DNA of 64,000 nucleotides. Origin: a virus. Made by a program: the position numbers and the translations under genes. Location of the stretch: positions 17,725 through 81,724 of IMG/VR virus record IMGVR_UViG_3300038620_000134; one strand, 5' to 3'. The number at the start of each line of letters is the position of its first letter. The first letter of the stretch is position 1. This document shows, in pieces, positions 47,706 to 59,046 of this stretch. Under the pieces are notes generated by a model. The model ran no database searches, was not told the origin of the DNA, and was given only the letters and a program-made list of their open reading frames with translations.

Positions 47706-49739
47706 TTATTGTTCGTAATTGACTGCATTATATTGCTTAAAAAAGTATTGTCCCGTGTCTATCACTTCAACTTCAAGTTCAACGAAGTCTAACCCATTGG
47801 GAAATAGTTCGTAACTTGACGTGGCCTCAACTGTAAATTGTCCACTGTCAGTTGTATTTGATCCATTCTTAATATTCTTTATTATACTCAAATTATCATC
47901 AAATAAAATACCACCATAATTAAATGATTGACCAAAATTTGGATAATCATAAAGAAAACTTACAAATCTAATTTTAAAGTTAGATTTGTGTGGTTCTGTG
48001 TTGTTTACATATTCTATTTTAACAATTGAATCAAGTTTTTCATCTCCGGGTGTTGATGGATTTACGTCTAAGTAATTTATACCCCAAATACCAACAAACT
48101 TAAAGTCTTCTCGAATTTCAATTGGAGACGTTTCCAAACGCCCCAACTCATAAACGGCACTTCCTTGGTTAATAGTGTATTCATTAAAGTCTTTTAAGTA
48201 AGGAAGGAAAAATGTTGATCCAAAATTTTCATCATAGTATGAATTTTTGAATCCTGCTTCTCTATCGTAGTAGTTTAAGAATCTTTGATTGTATAAACGG
48301 CCAGCAAACACTTTGTTTCGTATGAATTTTCCAAAAATAAAACAATTCAATAAATTAGCATCTATTATGTTGTTTTCAAAAGTATCAAAAGAAATTAAAC
48401 AATTTTCAATTTGTTGGAAACTGTTATTAATCATACCTACTGTCGAATTTTTAAATTTACCAGAAAGATAACTACTAACAAGTCTTTTGATTTGAAGAAA
48501 TTGAATATCACCTCCTTCTATTATCCAATTTTTACCACTTTTTATTTCAACATTTTCAAGTCTAAAATATGTTGGGAAACAAATTTGGGGGATTTCTACA
48601 TCGTCAGTAAAAATACTAATATTCCGTTCAATTGATCCTGTTGAACTAGCATCAAATCTATCTTGGGTTCCAAACACAGTATAAAATTCAAATGTATTAA
48701 AATCTGGATTTACTTCAATTGGTTTTCCATTATATTCTGATGTATTAATATCAGAACCAGAATTTATTATTGTTAAGGTATTAGTAGAGTAATAGTGCCT
48801 AACAAAATCATCAGCTACTTGATCTGCATCTAATGTTCCTGTTGCGGAGCTTTCTCCTTGATTATTAAACCATATCGGAAATGCCATTCCACGAAAATCA
48901 AAATCTGCTTCAATGTTGTATTGAGTATCTTTTCTATAAGTTATTTTTCCTTTACCTGCTGAAGCAAATGCATAGTTATTTAATGTATAATGTATTATAT
49001 CGGTTGGAAATAATTCGGAGTAAGCTGTTTTGGAAATTGAATTTTCGGATGTTGCATATACATACAAAGGTTCTGGAACTCCAGCAAAGTTCATTTGGCT
49101 TGCAGAATTAACTTGTTGTCCAGTTTCATCTTTGTATGAAGTTATAAAATCTGCAATTCGATATAAAATTCCCGGTATTAGGTTTGCGTTATCTTTAAGA
49201 TTTTTTACAACGCTATAATTTGCATTTACAACATTAGCACTTTCTGGAGGAAACACCACAAAATTACTACCATCAAAAACAAGTTGACAAACTTCACCAT
49301 CTTGTATATCATAAACATTTTTACCAGAATTATAAACTAAGTTAAATATGTTAGAACCCCAAACAAGTGTTACAGGATTATTAGTATCATTTTTAGGATT
49401 TACACCTTTATTAAATGTTACAAAAAGTTGAAGACCCTTTTCACCACTTCCTAGTGTTTGGGGTGGTGTCGAAAAATTAGTTACATTTGTAAGTGTGTAT
49501 TCATTGTTAGATTGATTATAACTACCCGCTTCTCCATAGTTAGAATAAAAGAAGAAACTACCCTCTAGTGGAAATTCTTGATAGTTTCCATTTATAGATT
49601 TTGCAACGTGTAAAACTGGGGGTATATTCATTCCCTGCTCTTTGAGAAACAGGCTTGTTTTTGTTCCGCTGGCTGGCTGCAGAAATGTTTTAACATTGTT
49701 ATCGTTAGAATCGACTTGATCGAATGTGACTTTTGCCAT
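47706..49739 (-). CDS. Tail fiber/spike-like protein
   Basis: LIPG..YRI.DF.T, EPL.V.A.S...IS..AYS..FP.D.IHY, KGKITYR.D...NI..DFDFR module followed by a beta-helix-like region. Confidence 0.65.
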   Translation of the reverse strand: MAKVTFDQVDSNDNNVKTFLQPASGTKTSLFLKEQGMNIPPVLHVAKSINGNYQEFPLEGSFFFYSNYGEAGSYNQSNNEYTLTNVTNFSTPPQTLGSGEKGLQLFVTFNKGVNPKNDTNNPVTLVWGSNIFNLVYNSGKNVYDIQDGEVCQLVFDGSNFVVFPPESANVVNANYSVVKNLKDNANLIPGILYRIADFITSYKDETGQQVNSASQMNFAGVPEPLYVYATSENSISKTAYSELFPTDIIHYTLNNYAFASAGKGKITYRKDTQYNIEADFDFRGMAFPIWFNNQGESSATGTLDADQVADDFVRHYYSTNTLTIINSGSDINTSEYNGKPIEVNPDFNTFEFYTVFGTQDRFDASSTGSIERNISIFTDDVEIPQICFPTYFRLENVEIKSGKNWIIEGGDIQFLQIKRLVSSYLSGKFKNSTVGMINNSFQQIENCLISFDTFENNIIDANLLNCFIFGKFIRNKVFAGRLYNQRFLNYYDREAGFKNSYYDENFGSTFFLPYLKDFNEYTINQGSAVYELGRLETSPIEIREDFKFVGIWGINYLDVNPSTPGDEKLDSIVKIEYVNNTEPHKSNFKIRFVSFLYDYPNFGQSFNYGGILFDDNLSIIKNIKNGSNTTDSGQFTVEATSSYELFPNGLDFVELEVEVIDTGQYFFKQYNAVNYEQ

Positions 49740-49816
49740 TTTCTTTTTTGTTATTTATTTTAGTTTACAAAAGAGTTTTTAACATTACTTGCTACGTCGT
49801 TTGATTTTTATTATAT

Positions 49817-51517
49817 TTGAATTTACAGTTTACTAAAAGACAAGTACCTATGACCTATAATATAAAAGAAAAGTATGATGCGTTTTGCGACTTCGACTTA
49901 AAGGGATTAACATACGATTTAATTACTTTTTCAAATAAAATAAAAGAAGAGCATGATGGCTATAAAAAAATTAACAGTACTTTTTATAATTTCCTAGAAA
50001 GTGAATACTTTGATTATGAAGTGTTGATAAACTTTTTTAATGAAATTCATAAAAACATTGATACTTCAAAAAAAGTTTCTTTCTTTTACTATATAAATAA
50101 AAAACTACATCAAGAATTATGTAAAGGTTTAGAAAAAACTACAGACGAACCTTTTTCTTATGCCTTTTTTGATTACCTTATAGAAAATAAAAAAAGCAAG
50201 TTACTTTCTCAATTCATGAGAGGAAATGTTGTGAATACTTATGATTACCCAGTGGCTTTTTATAAAATCAATTTTCTTACTAAACTTTATGTAAAACATG
50301 GATATAACGATTTAGTAAAGTTAAAAAAACTAATAATGAGTCCTTATGAAACCGATATAAGAAATCGTTTTATTTACATAAAAGATTTAGAAAACCTTAA
50401 AGTTTTTGAAAATAGCTTAAAAAAGTTAAATGTTAAAAACCTAACTGAAGTTTTGGATTTTGTTCAATTTGATAGTAAAGAAGCTTTTGAACATGGATTT
50501 GATTTAATTGGGCCTGTACTAACAGAACTTACTAAAAGTGATTCAGTAAATTACCATGATATACGTGAGTTACTCATCGACTTTTTTGAATTTCACATGC
50601 ACTTAATTGATGAAAACTTTATTTACAATAACTTGAACATATTAAATGAAATTAAAAACAGATTCAATGTTGATATGGCATCTAATTATTCTAATTTTTT
50701 CTTTCCTAGTTTAGAATTTGTGGAACTTTGCCTTGAATCAGAAAAAGATAGCTACCCACTAAATCATATTAAAAATACAATATATAAAACAACTTCAAAA
50801 AGTTTTATTCAAAACTTTAATAATTTAAAAAGAATTGAATCCTATGTTTTGGATGATATTGTAAGCGGTGCTTGGGCAGATGAAACAGGAGTAGAGGGTT
50901 TATTAAAATTAAACAATGGTTTTTACAAAATACACCAAAAATACAGACTTTTAAAATTTGAAATAACTAGAGATTTGTTAAAATGCTTTGAAATGGAAAA
51001 AGATATTGATGTGCGGCGTAAACTTAGGTATATGTTTCACTTGTCTTTTATGGATATAACAGCTATAAAGCATTTATTTAACAGTAGTTTAGATTCAACA
51101 CTTTCTGTACATGATAAAATACAATGCATGGGTAAAACATTATATTTTATAGTTGATTACTACGGGGTTACTGGTAAATTGCTAATAAGAAATTACAGTG
51201 AAGCAAACACTCTTTTTTATGCTTTGGAAAAAAAGTATTGTTTTTCTGATTTAATAATACCAATACTAAAATTAATAAGAATTTGGGATACAGAAAAAAA
51301 CAACTTAAAAAGTTCTAATAATTTTGAAGGCCTCGTAAACTTGTCCGATAAGTTTAATAAAGTGAGTTTACTTAATTGGAAGATAGAAGAAACAAGTAGA
51401 AGATACGAATTAATGGATAGTTATAATTGTTACGGCCTTGATCAATTAAAAAATTTAATTGAAAATAGAAGAAAAGAAATCACATATAAGCTTGCATCAA
51501 AATTCAAGTCCACATGA
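49817..51517 (+). CDS. Hypothetical alpha-helical protein
   Basis: 566 aa; real start possibly the internal MTYN. Confidence 0.75.
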   Translation: MNLQFTKRQVPMTYNIKEKYDAFCDFDLKGLTYDLITFSNKIKEEHDGYKKINSTFYNFLESEYFDYEVLINFFNEIHKNIDTSKKVSFFYYINKKLHQELCKGLEKTTDEPFSYAFFDYLIENKKSKLLSQFMRGNVVNTYDYPVAFYKINFLTKLYVKHGYNDLVKLKKLIMSPYETDIRNRFIYIKDLENLKVFENSLKKLNVKNLTEVLDFVQFDSKEAFEHGFDLIGPVLTELTKSDSVNYHDIRELLIDFFEFHMHLIDENFIYNNLNILNEIKNRFNVDMASNYSNFFFPSLEFVELCLESEKDSYPLNHIKNTIYKTTSKSFIQNFNNLKRIESYVLDDIVSGAWADETGVEGLLKLNNGFYKIHQKYRLLKFEITRDLLKCFEMEKDIDVRRKLRYMFHLSFMDITAIKHLFNSSLDSTLSVHDKIQCMGKTLYFIVDYYGVTGKLLIRNYSEANTLFYALEKKYCFSDLIIPILKLIRIWDTEKNNLKSSNNFEGLVNLSDKFNKVSLLNWKIEETSRRYELMDSYNCYGLDQLKNLIENRRKEITYKLASKFKST

Positions 51518-51836
51518 TAAACCCAACTAAAATTATAATTAGTAAAAAAACTACATAAATTTTAGAATAAAATACTAAACTTTGGTGTTCATAATATTCA
51601 AAAATAATTTGTTCTATCTCTTCATCAAAATTATTTGAATATTGCATAAATTCAACAAATGATTTAGGAATTTTTAATCCATTATTAAAAGCTTTTATAA
51701 GATCTTCTTTATTGTTATTTTTGCAAAGAGTATTAATTACCTTAAAAGAAGTATCCTTTGAAAGCTTTTTTAATGTAGATTGAAGTTCTGAACTATTTTT
51801 TTCAATAAGTACACAAATGTTATTAATGTCTTCCAA
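51504..51836 (-). CDS. Hypothetical protein with C-terminal TM anchor
   Basis: TTG start, late motif upstream. Confidence 0.65.
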   Translation of the reverse strand: MEDINNICVLIEKNSSELQSTLKKLSKDTSFKVINTLCKNNNKEDLIKAFNNGLKIPKSFVEFMQYSNNFDEEIEQIIFEYYEHQSLVFYSKIYVVFLLIIILVGFIMWT

Positions 51837-51905
51837 TTTGCTTTTTTTTATTATTTATTAGGTTTTTATTTTTAACACTATCTAATAAATAACAAAAAAC
51901 ACACT

Positions 51906-52928
51906 TTGTACTTAAAACACCGCTTTCCAAATAGTTTTTATATAGATCAGTGTGATTCATTTGAGGATGATTACAAAGTAATGCGGTTTTCAAGCAACTG
52001 CATTAAAATTTTAGAAACAGAAAAGGAAATGGGATCACTATGTTTAGATGACACTAAACAGGTGGTTCAACTTTTTGATATATCTGAATATGAATTAAAA
52101 CCATATGAAAAATTAACAATTAATCATTTTTCAGATCCAAATCCTAAAGGGATTGCTTTTGTGGTAGATTACAGCAAACAACAACTTGAAAATGATATTA
52201 ACAAGAGTTGGATTAATTTGCGTTATGAAAGAAACGATGAAAACGAAAGACACACTGGAATTTTTGATTTATCGGGTGATGGAAACTTAAATGTTATTGA
52301 TTATAAAAACTTTGATAAATTTGAACTTAAATTAAATTTTGATTTTGTGTTAGATACTTATAGCGATAAAAACCAAATAGAAGTATATCAAAATGATAGT
52401 CCTATAAACTTTAGTAAAGAAGTTTATTCTTCTAATATAAAAATGCTTGATTTTAGCACAGGCAATTTAGAAAGAGAAACACTTGTTAATGATGAAAAAG
52501 TAGAGTTCTTAGATACAAACTATAACAAGCTTATATTTACTTACAACATAGAACTAAGCCCTCTTTCATATATTAACTATACATTAAACCCCGAAGACCT
52601 TATGCAGGGGATTTTATACTTTAATATTAGTGGTAATTTTACTTATGGAAATCTAATTAATGGAGATTTTGATAAACAGATAGAAGTTCTGGTAGATGAT
52701 CAGATAGGTCAAGACTATACAAATTATTATGGATATAGTGGATATGGAACGCCTATATCAGGAAACATTACTTTTAATGATAAACTTATTGGAAAATCCA
52801 TAGAAAAGTATTCAAGTTTATTTAACTTTTATTTTCAAAACACAATAGGAATGCAACGTTTACCAAATGTTATTTTACATAATCCACATAATTATAAAGT
52901 TGAAGTAAAAAAACTAGAATTTAAATGA
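51906..52928 (+). CDS. Hypothetical late protein
   Basis: 340 aa, TTG start behind AATAAATA. Confidence 0.75.
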   Translation: MYLKHRFPNSFYIDQCDSFEDDYKVMRFSSNCIKILETEKEMGSLCLDDTKQVVQLFDISEYELKPYEKLTINHFSDPNPKGIAFVVDYSKQQLENDINKSWINLRYERNDENERHTGIFDLSGDGNLNVIDYKNFDKFELKLNFDFVLDTYSDKNQIEVYQNDSPINFSKEVYSSNIKMLDFSTGNLERETLVNDEKVEFLDTNYNKLIFTYNIELSPLSYINYTLNPEDLMQGILYFNISGNFTYGNLINGDFDKQIEVLVDDQIGQDYTNYYGYSGYGTPISGNITFNDKLIGKSIEKYSSLFNFYFQNTIGMQRLPNVILHNPHNYKVEVKKLEFK

Positions 52929-53299
52929 AATTAAGATCATTTCAAAAATTTTTAGAAGATAAACAAGTAGATGAAGAATCTATACATACAACAGCCAGTT
53001 TCGCTTATGGAACATTAGGTTATGATTCACCTTTTTATACAGTAAAGTTTTTACCTTACCAAACCTTTAGACCCATATCACCAAAAGAAGATCCCGAACC
53101 AGAACAGAATGATTATACGGATAATTTTCAAATAGGTGATACTGTAAAATTTGAAAGGAATAATGATCTACTTAAAGGAAAACTAATAAAAATAATAGTA
53201 TCTAAATCTACAGGTGAAGGAACGTTTCTTATTGTTTTTGTACCGGAACGTCAAAAACGTTATAAAGTTGATCCAACCAAAGCAGAAAAAATAAATTAA
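52925..53299 (+). CDS. Putative internal head protein with SH3-like C-terminus
   Basis: MKLRSFQKFLE; FQIGDTVKF...GKL pattern. Confidence 0.65.
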   Translation: MKLRSFQKFLEDKQVDEESIHTTASFAYGTLGYDSPFYTVKFLPYQTFRPISPKEDPEPEQNDYTDNFQIGDTVKFERNNDLLKGKLIKIIVSKSTGEGTFLIVFVPERQKRYKVDPTKAEKIN

Positions 53300-53356
53300 T
53301 GGTTCTAAAACGGCATTTTTCAATTATACAAAAAATAAATACAAAAAACAATTAAT

Positions 53357-54127
53357 TTGTCAAAGAAAAAGAATACTACGAAAAACCAAAACGGCCAAAG
53401 TGACCATGAAAGTAATTATTTTGATGCTCGTGAAAATATAGTTGATGTTAAAGTTCTTAACAAAGTTAACTTCTTAAATGAAAACCAAAAAAAGCTTTAT
53501 TCAAACATAGATTCAAAAGATATTGTTTTTGCTATTGGACCAGCAGGAACAGCTAAAACTTTTATTAGTGTTTTTTCAGCACTTAAACTTTTTCTTAGAA
53601 AAAATAATAAGAAAAACTATAATTATGATAAAATAATTTTAATAAGACCTGCTGTAGAAGCAGAAGAAAATCTTGGTTATTTGCCCGGAGATATTAATGA
53701 AAAAATAGATCCATTTTTAAACGTTTATTATATGATAATAGATGAAATATTACAAAACGGTAATGGATATTATACATCACCCAAACCATCGCAAAGTTTA
53801 ATTGACCATGATTTAGCTAATTATGAAACCTTTAGCTATTTAAGAGGAAAAACATTTAAAAATTCACTTATATTAGTTGATGAAGCTCAAAACATAACTG
53901 ATTCTCAAATGAAACTTTTAGTAACTAGGGTTGGAATAAATTCAAAGTTAATATTAACGGGAGATACAAAACAGTCTGACATTGGAAAAAATGTGGCACT
54001 TGAGCATTGGGCAAAAAAGTTAAATAATCTTTCAGAAGTAGGGTTAGTAGAATTTTCTGATGAAGATATTGTTCGTAATCCATTAATTACAAAAGTCCTT
54101 AAAACTATGGAAAATAAAAGCGAATAA
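53357..54127 (+). CDS. phoH: PhoH-family ATPase
   Basis: GPAGTAKT, RPAVEA.E.LGYLPGD..EK..P, YLRGKT, DEAQN, TRVG, TGD..QSD, DIVRNPL. Confidence 0.96.
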   Translation: MSKKKNTTKNQNGQSDHESNYFDARENIVDVKVLNKVNFLNENQKKLYSNIDSKDIVFAIGPAGTAKTFISVFSALKLFLRKNNKKNYNYDKIILIRPAVEAEENLGYLPGDINEKIDPFLNVYYMIIDEILQNGNGYYTSPKPSQSLIDHDLANYETFSYLRGKTFKNSLILVDEAQNITDSQMKLLVTRVGINSKLILTGDTKQSDIGKNVALEHWAKKLNNLSEVGLVEFSDEDIVRNPLITKVLKTMENKSE

Positions 54128-54150
54128 AAAAAAAATATTACTAGTATAAA

Positions 54151-54846
54151 ATGGAATTTTTTGATAAAGTAAAAATATTGTCTCCCCTTCTTACTGAAAT
54201 TGGAATAGTTGCAGCGGTAATACTTGTTGGTATTTTAACGGGCATAATTAAAGTTTTTATAATGCCTAAGTTAAAAACATGGATTGAAAAATTAAAAAAA
54301 GATAAATTTAACAAAGATTTTCGTAAAAATTTTGAACAAGTTCATATTGTTAATGAAAGACTAAAAGAACTTAGAATAAAAACAAATGCAGATAGAGCTT
54401 TTATCGCTAGATTTCATAACGGAGTTCAGTTCACGCGAGAAAACATGCACAGTTACTTTCTTACTATAACACATGAAACTGTTTCACCGGGAACTTATCC
54501 TAATTGGAACAGTATGCAAAGAATTCCAATAACAAAGTATTCAAATATTTTTAATGAAATTTTTAACAAAGAAGATAAAGTAATTTTTACAAACAATATT
54601 AAAAATAATGATGTAGATTCTTTGGGGCATCAAGACTTTCAATTACTTAAATTCGAGTATGGAATAGAATCTATAATAATAGGGCTTCTTAGAAACAAAA
54701 AAAATGAATACATTGGAATATATGCACTGGGTTGGAATCATAGCCTAATAGAAGAAAATGCTATTACAAGAAGTGAAGGTAATGAAGGCAATCAAGTATA
54801 TAAAAGGTTTTGTTCATTTGGACAAAATGTAAAAAACTTTTTTTAA
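54151..54846 (+). CDS. Holin-like protein (N-terminal TM plus GAF-like domain, T4 T architecture)
   Basis: Single TM, then ADR.FI..FHNG..F......THE.V.PG. Confidence 0.55.
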   Translation: MEFFDKVKILSPLLTEIGIVAAVILVGILTGIIKVFIMPKLKTWIEKLKKDKFNKDFRKNFEQVHIVNERLKELRIKTNADRAFIARFHNGVQFTRENMHSYFLTITHETVSPGTYPNWNSMQRIPITKYSNIFNEIFNKEDKVIFTNNIKNNDVDSLGHQDFQLLKFEYGIESIIIGLLRNKKNEYIGIYALGWNHSLIEENAITRSEGNEGNQVYKRFCSFGQNVKNFF

Positions 54847-54877
54847 TTACTAAAAACCATTTTAAATTACTTTAATT

Positions 54878-54912
54878 AAAAACCCAATGTTTTCATTAGG
54901 GTTTTTTTTTTT
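54878..54912. terminator. Intrinsic terminator
   Basis: AAAAACCCAATG-TTTT-CATT-A-GGGTTTTT. Confidence 0.7.
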
Positions 54913-54948
54913 AGCTAGAATAAAATAAATAAAAAAACCCCTAGTAGC

Positions 54949-57900
54949 TTGGAACAATACCTACAACAACAAGTTTCAATATTTAGCAGAATAGAGCAGA
55001 TTCAAAATCAACAACTAAAAACACTTCAATCTGTAAACACGGGTATTAATGAACTAATAAACGTATTTAAAGAAGAAGCTGGTGGTGGTATGATGTCTAG
55101 TATGGCGGGCACTATGGCTGCTAGCAAAGTAATGGGTGGTCTTGGTGGAGGAAAAGCTGAACCTGCACAAGGTGGTGTTAGTCCCAACTTAGCTAGCATG
55201 TTAGGACTTAAAAATCTTACTAAGCTTTCTAATAGATTAAAGGGTCTTTCTGGTTCTTTAAGAGAACTTGATGAAGCAGCTAGGGGTGCTGATGGCAAAA
55301 TAACGATAGCAGAAATACTAGATAGAATTAATAAGGAAGCAGATGAAGGACAAGGAAAAGGATTAAAGTTTGTAAAAACCATAACAAACAGTATAGAAGA
55401 CTTTGCTAAAGCAATACAAAAAGCGGGCACCAGATTAGAAAAACGTGGTAAACGGGCGGTTGATGCTATATTTGATATAATACGAAGATTTGATAGGGAA
55501 TTCAGGGAAATGAATACAGCAAGACTTTATCGTGGTGCACAGGCTATTGAAAAGTTTAGAAATGTACTTATTGGCTTTTCATTTGCACTTGCTGTTTCAA
55601 CTCCTTTACTGTTGGCGGGGCTTCCAGCAGCTATTATGTTTCCAATTATAGCACGAAGTATTTACAAAGGATTTAATACTGTAAGTGATAAAGAAAAAAC
55701 AAGTAATGCAACGGAATCAATGCGAAATTTAGCCATTGGAATGTTTGTTTTAGCATTTGCAGTTTATTTCTTTGGTAACTTTATAAGTATCGCAGATGTT
55801 TTATTCTTTTCTTTATCTGTTATGTTAATTGTGCTTCCGTTAAAATTATTAAACAGGGGAATGCAACGTAGAGATGGTGAATATGGAGTTGGTCAAGATT
55901 TCATTTATTTAGCCTTAGGTATAACTGTTTTAACGCTGGCAGTATATTCATTTTCAAACTTTATAACATTTGCTGGGATATTAAAGTTTAACTTCTTCTT
56001 ACTATCAATAGTAGCTTTTAATTATCTTATGAGTAAAGTAACACGTTTTAATCCTGGTTGGACTTTTGTTCAACTAGCAGCAGGAATTTTTGCATTGGGT
56101 CTTTCTATATACTTTTTTGACGTGTTTGTTGGTGGTATAGAAGGGGGGCGGCTCTTAAAGCTTGCAGTTATTCTTGGTGCTATAATTGGTATTGGAATAT
56201 TGGCAGGTAACTTTTCCAGCTTGATAGCGTTGGGTGCTCTGTCATTAACTATAATGGGTGTTGCATTTATTACACTTGGTATAGGGTTAATGATATTTAC
56301 TGCAGCAAGTACAATATTTTTTAATAATCCTGCTAATATTGTTAGGTCCACTTTAATACTAGGTGGTTTGGTAGCTGTGTTTAGTGCAGCAGGTGGTGTT
56401 GCACCGCTTATGATGGCTGGTGGAGCTGCATTTTTAATTGTAGGTGTTGCATTAATATCACTAGGAATAGGATTAATGTTATTTAGTTTAGCATTGTCTT
56501 TGTTTGAAGATAATATGATAGATCAGTCTAAAAAGATTATAATGGGTCTTAGTTTTGCCTTTATGAAAGCAGGTACAATGGCAGCACTTGTTATACCTGG
56601 TGCTATTGCTATGACAATGGTTGGTGTGTCTTTAATCATATTAAGTGTGGGTTTGATGCTTTTAAGTTTATCTCTTAATATGTTTTCAACTGAAATGATA
56701 CCAACGATGAAAAACGTAATGAATGGTATTATTGATCAATTTAAAACAGCAGGACTATATTCTCCTCTAATAATAACAGGTTCTATAGCTATGATACTAG
56801 CGGGAACCGCACTTATTACTATTAGTATAGGGTTAATGATATTTCAAGCAACAAACTTTACACAAAGCGACTCTAAAAAATTAAAAATGGCCGTTGGAAC
56901 CGTAAAGGAAACTGTAGGAGGTGTTCCATCTGGCGGTGGTTTCTTATCACAATTAGGTGGTTCTGTTGCTGCGGGTGCTCAAGCGGGAATAATTATTGCA
57001 CATGCTGGCGCAATGGTTATAGCAGGTACAGCTTTAATCACTATTGCAACTGGTCTGGCTGCTTTTAAAGCTACTGGTTTTACTCAGGAAGATGCCAATA
57101 CAATGAAAAGTGCTATTACAAAAATAGCTGAAGTATTTTCCTATCCTATGAGTGAAGAAGCAAAAGAAAAAGGTATTAATCCGGCCAAAATGATGGCGGG
57201 TATTGCGGCACTTTCTGATGCTGGTAATGTTTTATCAGATTTAGCAAGGGGTGTTCAAGAATTTGCAAACCTTACATTCACAAAATACGAATATAGAGAT
57301 GGTGAACTCCGACCTGTTAAAAAAGTACAACTAACCGAAGATCACTTTAACAGAGTTGGTAAAGGTATGGCAAAAATTATTACTTCTATATCTGGACCAC
57401 TTGCAGAAGTTGGTAGATTAGAAATGGGAATGGGTCCTAAAACATCAATGGGTCAACAACTTGTTGGTCTTATAGGTGGTGGTAAAGGTGGTTTTGTATC
57501 AAAAGGTGTTGCAAGTTTACAAGGTATTGGTAACGTACTTACTGGTTTAGCAAGGGGTGTTCAAGAATTTGCAAATCTTACATTTACTGAATATGAAGTT
57601 GTAAATGCAGGAACAAAGGATGCAAAGGTTGTTCCGAAAAAGAAAACGCAACTTACTCCTGAAAAAATGAGAAAAGCTCAAATGAATATTATAACTACAA
57701 TATCAACAGTTGCGTCGGCTTTCGCGGCTGTTGGTAGAAATGTTGTTGAAAAGGGTGGTATATTAGGTGATGATAAAAATTACGCAAAAGAAGGTAAGAA
57801 AAGTCTTGAAGGAACTGGTAAAATTTTAGTGGGACTTGCAGAAGCAATTCCTAAATATGCTAACATGACTTTTATACAACATGAAATAAAGGATGGTAAA

Positions 57901-59025
57901 GTTGTTCCTAAGAAAAAAGTTCAACTTACAACTGGAAAGGGTGGAGATATAGATAGAGCTAAAACTAATATGATAAAGGTTCTTACTGCCGTGGGCGAGG
58001 CATTTGCTGAAGTTGGTAAGGCTGCAAAAGGTGAATCAGATGATGGTATGCTCTCATCTTTATTTAGTGGTGATACAAATTATATTAAAATAGGAATGCA
58101 AAGTATTAAAGGAACAGGCAAAATACTTAGTAATCTTGCATCTGCTATTGCATCCTATGCAAAATTAGAATTTCCTGTAATTAATAACAAGGGAGAAGTT
58201 GTTGAATATAGAAAAATTAAAGAGGGTCAAATATCAAAAGCTGGTGATAATGCAAATAGAATTTTAATTGCATTTGGCAACGCATTTTATCATTTTGGAA
58301 AACAATATAAACAAAATAAAGAAAATGTTGATACTGGTTTAAAAATAACCAAAAAAGTAATGGATAAAATAAGCACAGTAACTGACACGATTAAACAAGT
58401 AACAGAATTAAAACCCACTAAAATTACAAGCTCAGCACAAAATTTACAAAAGTTCCTTACATCGGTTTTAAGTGTTTTTAATCCCCAACAAGATGCTATG
58501 CTTCAGAAAAAACAAGAAGAACTTAGTAAATTTACTGCAAATATTAAAACGCTCTCGGACCAAGTTCAAACTTTTGGAACTGTAGCTAAACATTTTGAAA
58601 GAATAGAAAAAGCTGTTAGTAATATGGCTAAATCTATTAATTCAATTGAAATGGAAAGACTTAAAAAAACGGCTGAAATATTTGGTGGTGGCTATGAAGT
58701 AATTCAAAATATGCAACAGCAAAGTCTTAATATGTACATTGGAAGTGATGTACAACAAGGAGTTGCTACTAATACTGCTGAAGGAGGTGGCAATGAATCC
58801 ATTTTAGGGGGTATGTTTGGTGGAGGCAATGAAAATCAGGGTGGGGGTGAAGAAGAACAACGACAAATTAAAGAAGAAACAAGACGGGTTCGTGAACAAG
58901 TTCGGGAAGGAAGCAACGTGCAATCACAGGCTGCCATGTCTCAAACTACTGAACTGCAAGAACTTAAATCACTTCTTCAGGAAATGAATGATAATCTTAG
59001 AGATATAAAAGGTAACTTAGCTTAA
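54949..59025 (+). CDS. Tape measure protein
   Basis: 1358 aa, Ala/Gly-rich, long hydrophobic repeat region, internal LARGVQEFANLTF repeats. Confidence 0.8.
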   Translation: MEQYLQQQVSIFSRIEQIQNQQLKTLQSVNTGINELINVFKEEAGGGMMSSMAGTMAASKVMGGLGGGKAEPAQGGVSPNLASMLGLKNLTKLSNRLKGLSGSLRELDEAARGADGKITIAEILDRINKEADEGQGKGLKFVKTITNSIEDFAKAIQKAGTRLEKRGKRAVDAIFDIIRRFDREFREMNTARLYRGAQAIEKFRNVLIGFSFALAVSTPLLLAGLPAAIMFPIIARSIYKGFNTVSDKEKTSNATESMRNLAIGMFVLAFAVYFFGNFISIADVLFFSLSVMLIVLPLKLLNRGMQRRDGEYGVGQDFIYLALGITVLTLAVYSFSNFITFAGILKFNFFLLSIVAFNYLMSKVTRFNPGWTFVQLAAGIFALGLSIYFFDVFVGGIEGGRLLKLAVILGAIIGIGILAGNFSSLIALGALSLTIMGVAFITLGIGLMIFTAASTIFFNNPANIVRSTLILGGLVAVFSAAGGVAPLMMAGGAAFLIVGVALISLGIGLMLFSLALSLFEDNMIDQSKKIIMGLSFAFMKAGTMAALVIPGAIAMTMVGVSLIILSVGLMLLSLSLNMFSTEMIPTMKNVMNGIIDQFKTAGLYSPLIITGSIAMILAGTALITISIGLMIFQATNFTQSDSKKLKMAVGTVKETVGGVPSGGGFLSQLGGSVAAGAQAGIIIAHAGAMVIAGTALITIATGLAAFKATGFTQEDANTMKSAITKIAEVFSYPMSEEAKEKGINPAKMMAGIAALSDAGNVLSDLARGVQEFANLTFTKYEYRDGELRPVKKVQLTEDHFNRVGKGMAKIITSISGPLAEVGRLEMGMGPKTSMGQQLVGLIGGGKGGFVSKGVASLQGIGNVLTGLARGVQEFANLTFTEYEVVNAGTKDAKVVPKKKTQLTPEKMRKAQMNIITTISTVASAFAAVGRNVVEKGGILGDDKNYAKEGKKSLEGTGKILVGLAEAIPKYANMTFIQHEIKDGKVVPKKKVQLTTGKGGDIDRAKTNMIKVLTAVGEAFAEVGKAAKGESDDGMLSSLFSGDTNYIKIGMQSIKGTGKILSNLASAIASYAKLEFPVINNKGEVVEYRKIKEGQISKAGDNANRILIAFGNAFYHFGKQYKQNKENVDTGLKITKKVMDKISTVTDTIKQVTELKPTKITSSAQNLQKFLTSVLSVFNPQQDAMLQKKQEELSKFTANIKTLSDQVQTFGTVAKHFERIEKAVSNMAKSINSIEMERLKKTAEIFGGGYEVIQNMQQQSLNMYIGSDVQQGVATNTAEGGGNESILGGMFGGGNENQGGGEEEQRQIKEETRRVREQVREGSNVQSQAAMSQTTELQELKSLLQEMNDNLRDIKGNLA

Positions 59026-59046
59026 TAATAAATAAGTAAAAAATAT

